Of a DNA stretch of 64,000 nucleotides, positions 30,571-44,844 are shown one piece after another. The notes under the pieces are model-generated. The model was not told where the DNA came from. It was given only the letters and a program-made list of their open reading frames with translations, and made no database searches. This stretch comes from Bugula neritina (lineage: Eukaryota; Animalia; Bryozoa): the NCBI GenBank assembly GCA_964035545.1, contig OZ037767.1:23948628-24012627 (forward strand). The letters are read 5' to 3'. The position numbers and the translations under genes were made by a program. Positions within the stretch are counted from its first letter, which is position 1. Each line of letters begins with the position of its first letter.

Positions 30571-33190
30571 ATATCTTCATCTTGTTAATTTTCTTTTATT
30601 AAATAAATATTTTCTTCACTTTACACAATCCAGTTGTTCTATTTTCAACTATATATATTATGCTTGGAGCACACACTTGATTTTGTAAGCACTGTTTTTG
30701 ATAGCCTTAATCTCCACCATTGCTCAGATGAAGACACTAGTTAATTATTACTAAGTCGTAGATTATATTATTTATTGCATTATTTCAGAGTTGATAGAGA
30801 ACAAAATTCAAACTGCTCTAAATTGAATAACATTTGGATATGACTATTTTAACATAAACTGTCTAATTTTCTTCATATTTGAACCCTCCCATATGTTCAT
30901 AGATGAATAGTGATGTGATCAGTAGACTGACCAGATTGCCAAAGGCTAGGCTTAAAATAGATGCAACATATAATAAATGTCATTTAGAGTATGTTTGATC
31001 TGCAAAACAGGCAGTATGAGCACCGCAAAAGAAACAATAATAAATTAGTAGCATACAAGAGTACCAAAACACATGTGTATTTATACATCAATTTTAGGTA
31101 TAAACAGAAACAGAAACAAATTTACAATTTGTGAATGGAATGTGTGGAATATAATCAAGCAAATGATGTTGTAAGATAAAAAAAATTCAAAAACAGTACA
31201 ACTAGCTCTATATTTTAGATAATATCTTATAGCCATTTGTAAGAGTTGAAAAATTTTGCGCCATCAGTTCATCTATAGAAGTTGTCTTCCCTGATAGAAA
31301 TAATTTTAATTCATAATGTGGCGTAGCATATTGTGTACAATAAAGATATCTGATGAAGAAGCATGAGCTATTGTTGATTATTGTTATTGGGATGTATTTC
31401 AGATCACGTCTGTCTGTTAGATGACTGCTTATAATAAATATTAGATTGTGATCGAGTTGGCTAAGGCTGTGCTTACTGAGTAACACTTGTAACAGAAAAT
31501 TCATGTATTCTTAACAAACTTTCTAGAATGCATTTGGAGAATGAGTTTTATAATGGATTTGAGAACTGCTAGAGAAAGCTTGAAGGAAGGTTCTTGAGAT
31601 TCTTTATGCTGTTAACAGTAAACTTGTATTTGTAATGAAGAAATATAAAATATTGCTCAAGTAGCCTTTATATCTTCTTGATTTTCAGTCAGAAATTCAA
31701 TTGTTGGAATGTATCCTAAAACATGTCTGCCTGGTTGATTATTATAGAGAGTTAAATAAAGACTGCTTATAACTGCATCTGTTTGTAGGAAGATTCATGG
31801 CTGCATGCTTTATTCTGGGTTCTAATATATTTTGATGGAACACAAACTAATGTCTGCGTCATATATATGTAGTGTCGTATATATATGTTAATTGTTCTGT
31901 TTACAAACATATAATACATATATAGAAAATCTATCTTTTTTACTGAGTATAAAGGTTACCATATAATACACACTGACGATCAATATTTCTGAGTTGAAAG
32001 GTTGCAACCATCTTATTGTTGCTGATTGCATGGCTCATTTGCTGCTGCTCAAAGGCAAAACAGCCTGAGTCTAGTCTGGCCTGGTTTTCTTTTTCATTGA
32101 CATCCCATTTGATGACAGTCTATAATCTATATGAAAGTCTTGCTATGGTCACATTCGCTAGAGACTAATGCTGTTTCATTGTCACAAAAAACTCCCATTA
32201 TTCCTAATTAACAGCGAAGCATTATTTGAGAAGTTATCAAAACTTGTGATGTGCCGATGTTTGTTTGCTGAGAGACACTGAGTTTAAAGTTTCCGGCACA
32301 GGTGCTATGTTACAGACTATTGGGGACATATATTCAACTTGTATCATATAGGAATTCAACTAAAACAATATGCATAAAATCTATTAAAGCAAAAAAATTG
32401 ATAGAAATAAATTAATGTTAATTATTATGAATGTGAGCGTATAAGAAAATTATGGATGATAGGCTATAGTATTTATTTTTGTTGAAATATTTCTTGCAAC
32501 TTTCAATTATGTAATATGAACTACCGCAAGGCTGAAAATATGACAGGACTTATAATATAACGATAGAGTATCAGCTATATGCACACAGGACAATTTCTGA
32601 TCTGCAAATACAAGCACCCTCTAATCTATTCTAATATATATACAGCTTAAACCTGAGAAAAAAAAATCAACACAAACTGTGGTAAAAAAACTGACTCAAT
32701 CTGCTTAATTTACATGATACAGTAAAACATTATCATACTCAACTAGTGTGCCATTTTTATACAGTAATGCATACACTTGTACATTTCAATAATACCAAAC
32801 ATAGCTGGCCAGCTTCGCCTTTCATATAAGTCAGTAAAACTAGAAGATAAAAGATCTAAACTTTTATCATATGCAAAATCAAAAAGATAATCAACATCAA
32901 TTTCACGAGAGTATTTACATAATATTTTAAAATTCTACAAAAAGGGGTAGATTAGCAGCAAGTAATACAAACAATTTCATAATAAATAACCGGCACTAGC
33001 AACTGGAAAACTCTAGTTTATACTTCAGCTCATTGCTTACACACATGAATAGCTGACTGCTAGCTAGTAAACCTGCAATTTTTCTGTTCTTTAGGTATAA
33101 TATATGGCTCATCACTGAGAACATTATATTACTAATCTCTTTATAATTGTGAATAGAACTTGTCATGTATTTTACCCGCACCACGGTCAG

Positions 33191-36100
33191 CTATCGGGTT
33201 TTACTGTTCCAATCTAAAAACGAAGTAAAGTGCACTGTTACACATAAACAAGGTTAATAAAGCCTATCTAATAATTGGGAATATACTAAAGCAAATCTAA
33301 ATAAAAACTTAAACTAAATTGAAAAAATTAAGCTTCTGCACATGCTAATGCTCAAAGACTGCAATAAGCGTAAGAAGGTTTAGCTAATGTTTGTGCCCAG
33401 TCATACTGTCTGATACGTCATAAGCATAATAAAATTATAATATCAAGTAGAGCTCTATATTAGCATTTTAAATTAACACATCAGATGTAAGTACTATATA
33501 GTTGTCTTGTTGACTAAGTTTTAGTGATTGTGTACCAATCTTCCAAATGCTAAAGAAGACTGAAATTAAGACTATAGAAATGCCAGACCTCCCTGGTTGA
33601 ATAATTAATAGCAAGATTTTTCATTTAAACTAATGTTTCTGGTAATTATTCAAAACAAAAGAAGTTGAAATATACTATAATACTGCCAGCAAGCACCACA
33701 CCCACCTGGTTTCCTATTCAATGAGCTGCCAGAAGAGTGAGATGTTCGACTTCTAGGCTTCTTTTTCTTTGGTTTATTTTTGGTAGCACTTAGGGAGTAG
33801 TACATATTCTGTTCTTGACGTTTATTCCTTAACCACCTATAACATATACTCCCTAAATCATGCAATGTTTGTTGAATCTATATGTAGAAAATTAGACAAA
33901 TTTGCAATCAAATAGAACATATAATTATAGAAAAGATGCAATATATTAATATAGTATTATTGTCTGACTAATACAATTGTCTATTACAGATTTAGTTCTT
34001 TACAAGGCAATATATTCCCTTACTAGTAATCAACTCATGATATTAAATACTTTTTATGTAAAGTTACTATCTACTTCACCTTTTAAAAGCTAATCAAAGA
34101 CCTCCTACACCATAATATAATTTTTTTATTATCTACACAATATTTCTCTAACAATATAATGTTGTTCTTACTGTTTAAACGCTTTGTCGCACTCGTCTCT
34201 TGAATGAATAATATAAGCATCGTCTCGCTCTTTTTGTTCTCGGTTTTGAAGCAGTCGCTGTCGCTTGTGTTGCTCTTTTTTAGCCTCGCACCATGCTTCA
34301 AATGCAGCTTCATTTTCTTCTCTCCTAGCTCTTTCTTCTTCTTCCTTTTTCTAAGCAATAGTATAGAAATGGTAAATGAGGCTGTAGCTTACACAAATGT
34401 CTCTAATAGGAGCACCAATTATAGGTCATAGTGACTTTATTTATTGATAAAAATATTCACGAATACTTTTAATTTTTGTGCCACCAGGCACTTTTTATGC
34501 TATGATCTTACTACACTTTTTTTGTGTAAAAACTCAAGTTTGACACAAAAAGGGAAAGTTGCGTTAAACAAATTTATGCATACTAAAATTAGGATCTGAG
34601 GTTATTAAATGTTGCACAATACTGAGGTTACACTACCTGCTTGTCAGCTGCCGTTGCGTTACTCTGATTTTCTCTCTTTGTTTCCAGCCACCATTGAAAT
34701 GCTGACTCAGCTTCTTCTTGCTTTCTCTTTTCTTCCTCCATTTTTCTTTCTCTCTGTGCAGCTTCTCTGTTGTCAGATTAAACAAAGGTAATATAATACA
34801 TACAATACAGCAATAATATAATATATAATACAGTCATGAAAATACAGCATACTCCTTGAGTAGAAACAGTATATTATATAACGCATGCACTATGGCATAG
34901 CATAAACTGAATGTACAATAATTTTGATATTTGGTTTCAAAACTTGAGCCTTGTGAATGTTACTGTAGCATTTATCAAGTCTACAAGAAACCATTCAGCC
35001 AGGATAACAATTTATTACACATCTTTATGTAATAATCATTTTTACCTCTCTCTGACAATCTTCTCCCGCTGTTCTTTCAGTTCCCTTTGTTCTGGAGTAA
35101 GACCATATGGTGACGTGTAGTGCGATGCATCCCAGTCCTTAGAGCGATTTGATCTCAGGTTTGCTGAAGCACTCTGTGCTCTGTTTCTGCTTCTTCTTTC
35201 AGTGGAGTTCTTACCCTCAACTGATGACTTTGGGCGAGATGTTCTTTGATTCTGAGAATAAGCGTCTGATGGACTTTCTAAACAGAATAAATGCAAATGA
35301 TGTATACAAATAAATGCAAATTAGCTCAATTTTAAAACATACAGAAAATAATTTATTTTGAAAAAAACATTAAATGCAACATTTTAATGGTTTGATAGGC
35401 CTCTACAAAAATATAGAGTATTGCCAGTAAATCAACCAACACCATTAAATTGTTTGTTAAAGTAAAATAACAACAATTTAGAATAGTTGCAGCACTAATG
35501 TCTGCTCGATTCTTGTGATTTACACAAAGTTGGACTGGTGAAAATAATTACCAATTGAATCAGACCGACTATACCCCATAGCTTCATACTCTTTTACAGA
35601 AATGAGTTCAAACTTCCCATTTAGTTCAACTAGCACCTTTTCTTCTTTCTGGTCAGAGTTACCAAGTTGTTGATTCTGAGAGTGCACCGAATCTGAATTT
35701 CTCGAATCAGTTGGCGACGTGTCTGTACTCTCTTCCTCTTTTTTATTGTTTTCATGTATATTATTGTTTATATTTACGTTTTCTCTACCAGTTTCATCAA
35801 GTTTATCAGCAGGTTCTAAGTTATTGTGATTGTTTTCATTGTCATTTTCTGTGCTAGCAAATCGTAAACTTTTACTTTTACTGCGAGTTTCGGTTGTTTG
35901 TTTGTCACCATCTATTGGCATAGTTTCACCAGGTAAGATGGCCTCTTTTTTGTTACTCAGTCCTCCTTCATCATCCCTGTCTGATGAGTGACTTCCATTC
36001 TCCTCAATGCCAGAGTTTTTAGAATCTGTTTGCTGCAGATTGTCATTGCTCTCAGTGTTATCTGGAGTGAAGTTATCTACACTATCATTAGCAAAATCGG

Positions 36101-38306
36101 GATCATCTTCTTCGGAATAAGGGGCAGGTTCATACACTGATGTCAATTCTTTATCCTGCAACATACCCAACAACTATTCTAATCATGAGCACAGTGGGTA
36201 TGCTACCAGTAGGAGATGAACTCATGCACGTCCAACTCATTTAGCAATGTAGAGTATGGGCTCTCATTCACTGTACTACTATAATCTTACTAGAAGCAAC
36301 ACTGAGATGGGGTGACCGAGTACAATATTTGTCTACAAATCAGTGTCTAAACTCTACACCCCCAACTCGAGACCCCCCAACCATGGCACTAATCAGTGAC
36401 CAACAACTCGGTGCTGCTTCATGCAACTAACAAGTCAACCCAAAATAGAAAACAGAAAAGGGAGTTTTTTAAAGCTCCCTCTAAAGTCTAAACTGTAAGC
36501 ATGATTGCAGCTTATAAAACGAATGCACAGCTAGAAACACATATAAAAGCTTAGCGGTCCCCTGTGTAGTGTAGAGATAAACTCACTGCTGAGCACCAAC
36601 AAAGAGCTCAATGAACAGTTACAAAACTCATTAATACTGAAATGTGGAGCTTTTGTAAAACTTCAAGTTTTTAATGTATGTAGTTCAGTTCTATAAAGTT
36701 GGTTAAAAGTTCACAGCACTGGTTCAATAAAATCAAAGCTACTAATCAGCTAGACCAGAAGCTCAAATCATATTCCATTAAACATTGAGTTCAACTGAAA
36801 TATTTTGTAACTTCGGCTTCAACAGTGAATAAGAATTTGAATGTTTTCTCCTACTAGTTCTATTCAATTTAGTCAATTGGAATAGTAAATTAGCTCTTGC
36901 AGTGCTTGATATTAAGTTCATCTCTTGAAACTGAACAAAAGATCATGTTGCAGGTGATGAATATTGAAAAAGTTATCAAATCATTTACTGTATTAACTAC
37001 CTTTTTGAATTCTATACTTTTATGACGCAGATTTTCATCAGGCAATGGTTCCTTGTCCCACTGTTCATTGACCTCTTTTAATCTCTGAGACACGAAGGTA
37101 GAATAATCCATTTCACTAAAGATACTGCTGTTTGGATCCCACTCGTCATCTAACAAGTATATGAAATGTATATAATTGTCAATTGTAGTGTTGAGTTTAC
37201 CCAGTGGCCCCGTGGTGTAATGGTAGCACACTTGCTTGCAAGCCAGAGGACTCTGGCAATTATTTTACATCAATTGATATTGTAAAATCTCACCAAAAGT
37301 GCATATTGTAATATAAAAACAGTGTATAGTTACATGTAAATTTATACTAAAGTTGGGATTCCATTATTATTGTAAAGTTATGATAAAATTATCTACACAT
37401 TATAATTATGCTCACTAATTAAAAAAGAAATTCATTTAAACACAAGCATTGAAAGTATATTTCATTTGATTGGGAGCAGCTGAATGCCAGCTGCAAAACA
37501 AAGTTGTTTATCAAAGATATTAGGCAAAGTAAGTAACGGAGTATATTATGTTTGCTAAAGACTTGTAATTCCAATATTTGCACAATTGCTTGTCAATGAA
37601 AATCTCAGTTAATAGGGTATTACTTAGAATGATAATTTACTATGTGTTATTACAAGTATAAACAAAATAAAATACTTCAAAAACACCGACTGTGTTGACT
37701 TTGAACAGATAAATATTAATAAATTGTGTTTTAGACTTAAAATCTGCTAGGTATTTATACTGAACAGTGTAATAATACTACAATTATGATGTTTTAATAT
37801 CTTTACTTATAGGCTGATTTTAATGCTTGGATGCAAAATTGACACGTCTGACAAGATGGAGTGACCAGCCTACCAGATCAACTTTAAGTAAGGAAAGGTG
37901 AATAGTGAGCTTAGTAAAAACTCGTTTTATGAAATAGCCATATAACATTATTCAACATTATAACATATTATAACATGTTTATATTGCTATTCTAGTTATG
38001 AAGTGTATGCAGGTGTCATTTTTTAATTATATAACATAACAATAGCATCTTCGAGTTAATTTAGAGTAGGTGCTCATAGCCACAATAAAAATAAAGAGTG
38101 TTACCAAATATATGTAGAAATAAATTTAAATATTACTGCCCCTCATTATTAAGAAGCTTTGAAAACACTTGTTACCAAAGTTTTAACTTTGTAAGAAATA
38201 CAACTTTTACAAACTCACCCTCCAGCTGACCATCATGCAATTTTTGCATCTCTAAAGCAGCTGCTATTTGATCATCTGTAAAATCATACTCCACATCTTC
38301 ATCCAT
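33191..38306 (-). CDS. CCDC181: Coiled-coil domain-containing protein 181-like, 8 coding exons (38306-38219, 37149-37001, 36155-35552, 35277-35046, 34766-34637, 34350-34172, 33836-33706, 33213-33191)
   Basis: In-phase splicing; motifs KVLVELNGKFEL, YTSPYGLTPEQRELK, ENEAAFEAWCEAKK and CDKAFKQWLRNK resemble CCDC181 (recognised from memory, not by search). Confidence 0.75.
36292..36428. repeat. Copy of dispersed hairpin/MITE family
   Basis: AACTCGAGACCCCCCAACCA..GCACTAATCAGTGACC..GTGCTGC is the reverse complement of the 16.7-kb copy. Confidence 0.5.
37206..37256 (+). mobile_element. tRNA-derived SINE head fragment
   Basis: GGCCCCGTGGTGTAATGGTAGCAC (A-box) plus TTGCTTGCAAGCCAGAGG; truncated before the T-arm. 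Confidence 0.6.
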
Positions 38307-39307
38307 GTTGACAAGTTACCTGAAATATTGTTTCATGTTAAGTTAAAATAGGTAATGGTGTAAGACAACTGTGTGTTAGATCAAACAAAGTACAATTTAT
38401 AACACAAAGTTGAAGTCTAAATAAATTGAAAAAGTAAACTTATTTGTAATGCGGAAGTAACTTCAGAATATATTTTTATTACTCTTAACTTTTTAAGCTG
38501 CTGTTTTCGTACCTAGAAAAAAATTTCTTTATTTTTTTGCAAACATAACTTGTATACTTTGTAAAACTAACTTTAGATAAAATCTTTACTTGTTATATAT
38601 TATTATTCCTGAAAACAAAGTAGCAATAATCAAATTTGCACTGATGTAATCATATAGGTTTTTATTTTCAGATGATACATTTATTCTTAGTTTTTTATAG
38701 TAGCTATATTTATGTATATTCAAATTTTGACAATTAGATTAATATCACACTCATACTGGCCAAAAGTTTGTTAGGCAAAAACTGCAGATTACACAATTTT
38801 AACATTTATTATAACAATATACTTGGGAGTACAGATTAATATGTTGAGCAAAGAGTTTAATAAACTAATGCTTCAATACTTGGAATAATTGTAATAATCG
38901 TGCACAATAAAAATATCTTATGATAAAAAATGTTTGGTTTAGCTTTGTCAATTAAAAGATGACTGCGTTTGCAAAGTAAGTGAAAACTGTCTTTAGCTGT
39001 TTACTATGATCAATAATTTTAAGTTAAAATTTCAATGCAAAACTAAAAGTAAATGTGAATGCGAATGTCAAATTCAATGTGTAGTCACAAACTAAAATAA
39101 AAATAGAATAAACTTACTTTATCAATTAAGAAGAGCTCAAGTTTTTATACCAATCGCATGAATTATTATATGATTATCAGTAAAATGAGCTCAGAGCATT
39201 TTGACGTGTCTTGATATTGTTGTAGACGGTTTTATTTTGTGTTGTGTGATAAGCGTCAGGTAGTTTGCAATGAAATCATATTTCACTTTCAAGGTTGTTT
39301 GGATTTA

Positions 39308-39320
39308 GTATCATAGCAAC
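39308..39320. promoter_or_regulatory. Candidate RFX X-box in the divergent CCDC181/IBA57 promoter
   Basis: GTATCATAGCAAC resembles GTNNCYATRGCAAC and lies just upstream of a likely CCDC181 5' UTR exon (donor near 39117). Confidence 0.4.
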
Positions 39321-39943
39321 AACACGTAGCCTGATCTCGCATTGTTTTTAAAGCTTCAAAATTTATATCACAAATATTTTTATATTATTTTTTATAAATT
39401 ATAATTAAATTTGAAAAATATTTATTTGTTATTAAATTGATTGTACTTCTATAATTGTAAACTAATAATTATACGAAGCTGCGACTCAGTTTTGAGGTCA
39501 AGGCTAAAACAAGGTGAAGGATGTTAGTGATGAATAGGATAAAAGACTAAATTATTAATCCTAAAACTGAACACAGCTCTGGCTTTAATTATAAGCTTTA
39601 AAACTCAATTGAAAGGGTTTAACTGTTATTGAAAAAACCACAAAATTGAACTTTGAATGAAAGTTATTGACGGTGCTTATCAAATGTAAACTAACTACGA
39701 GAGACGATGCTCAGCCTCACTTGACAATCATCAAAGTGAAACTGAAATTTATTTTCCAACAGATGAAAACAGAAAAACGGTTTATAAATTCAAAATGAAA
39801 TTGAAGTTCTAGTTCTACTTTTACTTTGAAAAAGCGTTGTGGCTTCAATTTTGATTTGATTATTTTGCTAATCTTGATTATTCAAATTAAGTCTGTGATT
39901 TATCATTAGTAGTTGAGCTTTCAATTTCGATTTGGTGTTCAAC

Positions 39944-42900
39944 ATGAAACTTCTAGTTCAAAAAGACGTTCGCGCTCTGTTGGGGAAAAGTTATTGTTAT
40001 GATAAACTTAATGTTGACATGTTCAAAAGTAGATGTAAATTTCGAAACTTGACACACTGCCGCAACTATTATGCCAATCAAAATAAAAACAAACAAATTC
40101 CAAGAAATCACAGTACGCTCACCAATTTTATAAACGATAAATTGAAAGCTGGAGTAAAAGGTTAGTTTAATTTTCATTCTACTAGTGCATTTGCCATGAC
40201 TTGTCTTTTAATTTTAATTTGGTACAACCTAACAGAGTAAGTACTTGAAACTTAAAAATTGAATATTAGACTAACACTACAGTGTTCCCTAGATCATCAT
40301 TATGCCCAGACAAAACAAAATTGTCTCAGTGTTATAATGATAATACGATCAATACCATATAAACAATATTGTAGGGATTAGGTTTAGCTGATTAGGAAAA
40401 GTATCTCATGTGAGCAGGTGTTGCAATTCGTCAGTTTAGTTTTATCAAAGTACTTCTGCTACGATGAAGAAGTTTCATTATTCCCACTATCAGAAAGATT
40501 TTGAAGAGAAGCTCATCCTGATCCTGATGAGAAACATTTTGACCCTTGGTTGTCTGTGGCTTTAGATAAAATCTTTGAAAGCTGCACTGTATATAGCAAA
40601 GAGTAATGAAATGATTTTTTAAAGTTTACTCTACTTTGCATATTATGTATGTGCATGTTCAGTATTAATTTCATTTACAATGATGTGGTGCAACAAATGA
40701 CTTTATACAGGCTCTATTATAGATAGTGTGTGAAATAGTTAAGCCACTAATAGCCTATTTAATTGCTAATACTCTAGCATTCTGCATGTATGATAAATTG
40801 TGTAGAAATCATCACAAAGAATTGGTGCTAATTCGCCATCTTACTAAGTATTTTATGGGTACAGAGCTACACGCTGTAATAGTATTTATTTCTTTGTTTA
40901 GGTAGAAGGTTTTTATCTGAATCACAGACGTCTCTCTGCCCGTTGCAGGATTTCTCTGTGGTGAGGTTAGGTAGTAAAAGTATTCTAAGGTTGTCAGGAG
41001 TTGACAACTACTCATTTCTGCAAGGACTCATAACCAATGACATTGATCACTTGTCACAAGACAGTACCTCTCTCTATTCACAGCTGTTGACTATTAAGGT
41101 ATGTTTTTAATTTTTCAAACATCCATTAAAGTGCATTGTGTTATATATTATTACTTTATGCAATGTATTATTGCTTTACATTCGAGATATTATTGCTTTA
41201 CATGATATATTATTGCTTTATATGATATATTATTGCTTTATGTGATATATTGGTGGTTAATGCATAGAAGAAATTTGAAGAAAATTATTAACACCCCAGT
41301 TGCGCATTTTTGCAAGAATAGACAACTCTCATTAATGTTCATAAGCAGCAAATTTAACTTGCAATTTTATAAATTAAATTACTCCGTTAGATGCATAGGA
41401 AGTTAAAACAGAAGTAGAATCTTTTGATCTGTATTATTTTAGATTAACAGTCCTAAATCATTGACAATATATAGCTTTGTGAAAAGTTTATGCTGTTGCT
41501 CAAAAGGATTTTTTCTAAAACTATGCAGCTGTTTATTTTTTATAATCATTGCCTGCAAAAGATTCTCAGTTGTTTAGGTATATGGAGCATGTTTTCTTTT
41601 TTTGTTTGTAGAAGATGAAAACAACTTTGAATGACTTGTAGAATTTCATAGTATAAAAGTAGTGTATTGCATTTGTTAAAGTCTGCTGTGTTGTCAATCA
41701 TTAGCTATGTCATAGCGCCAATGCAGCCTAATAAAATAGTATAAGAACAACCCTTCTACACTTAGCAGCTGTAGAATGTTTATTGAGGGGTTGAGAACTC
41801 TGAACTATACGACTAGAACTGCCATTATATCACATACCTATATATAATGCATATGTATTGTTTGCAGGGAAGAGTTCTCTGTGATTTTATATTATATAAG
41901 GATGGAGATGATATTTTGCTAGAGTCTGATGTTACACAGAAAGAGTTGATTGCCAAAGCCTTAAAGAAGTATAAGATTCGTAAAAAGGTGTGCATGTGTG
42001 TTTACTTATCTGTTTACAGGGTAGATAATGTGTATGTAACAGTTGATTAATTACGAAAATAACACTGTCCTTGTACCATATTTCTATACTATACTTCTAT
42101 ACTATACTTCTACTCTGTGCTATACTATACTTCTACCCTGTGCTATACTATATTTATATACAATACTATACAATATTTATATACAATACTATACTATATT
42201 TATATACAATACTGTACTATATTTATATACAATATTATACTATATTTATATACAATACTATACTATATTTATATACAATACTATACTATATTTATATACA
42301 ATACTATACTATATTTATATACAATACTATACTATATTTATATACAATACTATACTATATTTATATACAATACTATACTATATTTATATACAATACTATA
42401 CTATATTTATATACAATACTATACTGTATTTATATACAATACTATACTATATTTATATACAATACTATACTATATTTATATACAATACTATACTATATTT
42501 ATATACAATACTATACTATATTTATATACTATGCTATACTATATTTATATACAATACTATACTATATTTATATACTATACTATACTAAACATTCATACTG
42601 TGTTTCCATCAAGCTGTAACTCCACATTCTCTCTTGTATAATACCTCTATTGGTTTCAGGTTCAAATACATGATGTTTCGGATGAACTGCTTTCCTATGC
42701 GGTATTTGGATGTCAAATGGAAGAACCCAACGTGCAGGGATTGAGTGTGGCTGTTCATCGAGATCCCAGGTTGAATGAATTAGGGTGGAGATTGCTGGCC
42801 CCCTCTTCCACTATATTAAGTATGGTACACAGATTAATGTAACCGAATTTAGAGGTGGAATTTTTGAACTATATCAAATTATATTGGAAATACCTCAACT

Positions 42901-44844
42901 TAAATCGACATTGAAATTAAAATAATGACTAGCTACTTTTCTCATGGCAATGCGGCTACACTATAGCCCACAGTAAATACGCTGTTTAATAAGTTTGTGA
43001 TTATTGGAGATTCAGGTTTTATTTATGTGTATGGCCATTTTATTTCCAAATTCTGTTTTAAAGAATAAAGACAAAGCAAAAATTAGCAGATAAACTAATT
43101 ACAGTAGCAAGTTGTAGTTGTCTCCTGCTGAATTTCTTCTGTTACACTGATTGTAGACTCAGTGACAGATGAGACTGTGTACCACAAACACAGGTATAGG
43201 TTGGGTGTCGGTGAAGGCCCCCTCGAACATCTTCCTGAGAAATCCCTTCCTCTGGAATGTAACCTACATTTACTAAATGGAGGTAAGCATAGCCACATGT
43301 GTGCAGATTACCGTCTCTGCCTTTTTATCGATTCTATGACTCATTGAAAATGTCCCATCTAGCTGTTATTTTGCTGCTGCCACTGTGCAGTGTAATAGTT
43401 AGCTGCCTGTCAGCTACTCCAATATTTTACCTTTTGTCAATTAATTTCTCGTAAAGTTGTTGCTGGTGTGTATAGCACTGTGTTTCCATTATCCCATTAT
43501 GCGAATGGATTTTCTCATTCGCCCTATGGAAACAGTTGCATCGAAGCAAAACCGCAGCCAAAAATTCATCCGAACGGCTCCTTCGATGAAAAATTTCCTT
43601 CGCATTATGTGCATGATGGAAATGGTTCCTTCGGTTAAATCGAATGAAACCCTTTGTGTCGGAGGCAGAGATCAGCATTTGTGGCGGTTAGTTACATAGT
43701 TACGCGATGTCAACAATAATTATAAGTTACAACCTACGCTAAAGTGTACTTCGGCTCTTAAAAAATTGTCGTTGTGCATGAACGCAAACTCAAAAGTTGG
43801 CCATATTAATTATCATTTTAGTTCAGCCATTACAATTGCAAAGAGAAGATAGCTTTGTACGGATTGCATAGGAACTTGTGGTTTTTCCTTCGATGTAATC
43901 CGTACGGGCATCTGTACGCATTCATTCGCCTTCATGGAAACGCAGTGTAGGAAAGTTGTTTAAACTCACTCTTTCTAACAGTGAAGTGTATTACAGGACT
44001 GAAGATGAATTAACACAGATTATAGTATTATTGTCCATAAACAATAGCTTGGACTCCTTTGTGACTGCTCTGTGTAGCATTTTCTCCAATTATACAAACA
44101 GCAAACGGGTAAGCAATAACATTTTGTAAGCTCTTACCGTACACTGTGTCTTATGCTTGTAGTGAGTTTCAACAAAGGCTGTTTCATAGGTCAGGAGTTG
44201 ACCTCTAGGACTCACCACACTGGAGTAATCAGGAAGAGAATCATGCCTGTGGAGACAACTTTCGACTGGTGAGCTCATAACGTTATCCTAGTTCTACTGT
44301 GAAGACAACTCCTATACACATCACTAATGATGTAGTATTATAACCTGTTATAGTGTTGAGCTACTTTAAAAGAAATACTGGTTGCTATTTACACTAAAAG
44401 TTAAATTATATTGAAAAAGTCGAGCATTATGGTGGTTCAGCTGCCAAGTGACTGGAACAGCATCGAATTAGAGAAGTTGAGCGTCAGTATATAGAAGTAT
44501 GCTGACGCTACATCTCCTGAGTCAGCAGGTATCACTCCTGTGGACTATTACTTTGATCTCTAGAATACTAAGAGTTACACTAGACTTTCAACTGTTAGTA
44601 TGGATATGTTGTGATGTGTTGTAGCCCCGGTAACTTGGTCAGTGCAGATGTCAAGCTCTGCTCTACTGATAAATCTGTGGGAACTATACGTGGGATGGCG
44701 GGTGACTGTGGTGTAGCGCTGCTGCGAGTTGCGGAAGTGCTTAAACCCTCTGCTACTCTCTACACTACAGATTCTAATGGAGAGAAAGTGGATGTGAAAA
44801 CACGCAGACCTGATTGGTGGCCTGATGGCGTGGGTGTCATCTGA
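39944..44844 (+). CDS. IBA57: Mitochondrial Fe-S cluster assembly factor IBA57 (CAF17/YgfZ family); exons 39944-40160, 40902-41098, 41868-41987, 42660-42819, 43157-43282, 44163-44268, 44625-44844
   Basis: [26 protein letters not shown], signature [26 protein letters not shown]-terminal PDWW; start codon and first exon are tentative. Confidence 0.92.
42140..42587. repeat. 23-bp minisatellite
   Basis: Unit TATATTTATATACAATACTATAC, about 19 copies, in IBA57 intron 3. Confidence 0.95.
43476..43947. mobile_element. 472-bp MITE with 14-bp TIRs and a 3-bp TAG duplication (PIF/Harbinger- or CACTA-like)
   Basis: TAG|CACTGTGTTTCCAT ... ATGGAAACGCAGTG|TAG; CpG-rich interior; in IBA57 intron 5. Confidence 0.75.

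Noticed and set aside
31208-31900. Possible decayed coding or transposon sequence (also 4600-5200)
   Set aside because: No recognisable motif or boundaries by eye; would need tBLASTx.
42043-42641. 174-182 aa ORFs in three frames (similar cases at 54131-54696, 55626-56074, 58220-58594 and 63141-63464)
   Set aside because: Stop-free minisatellite or low-complexity DNA.
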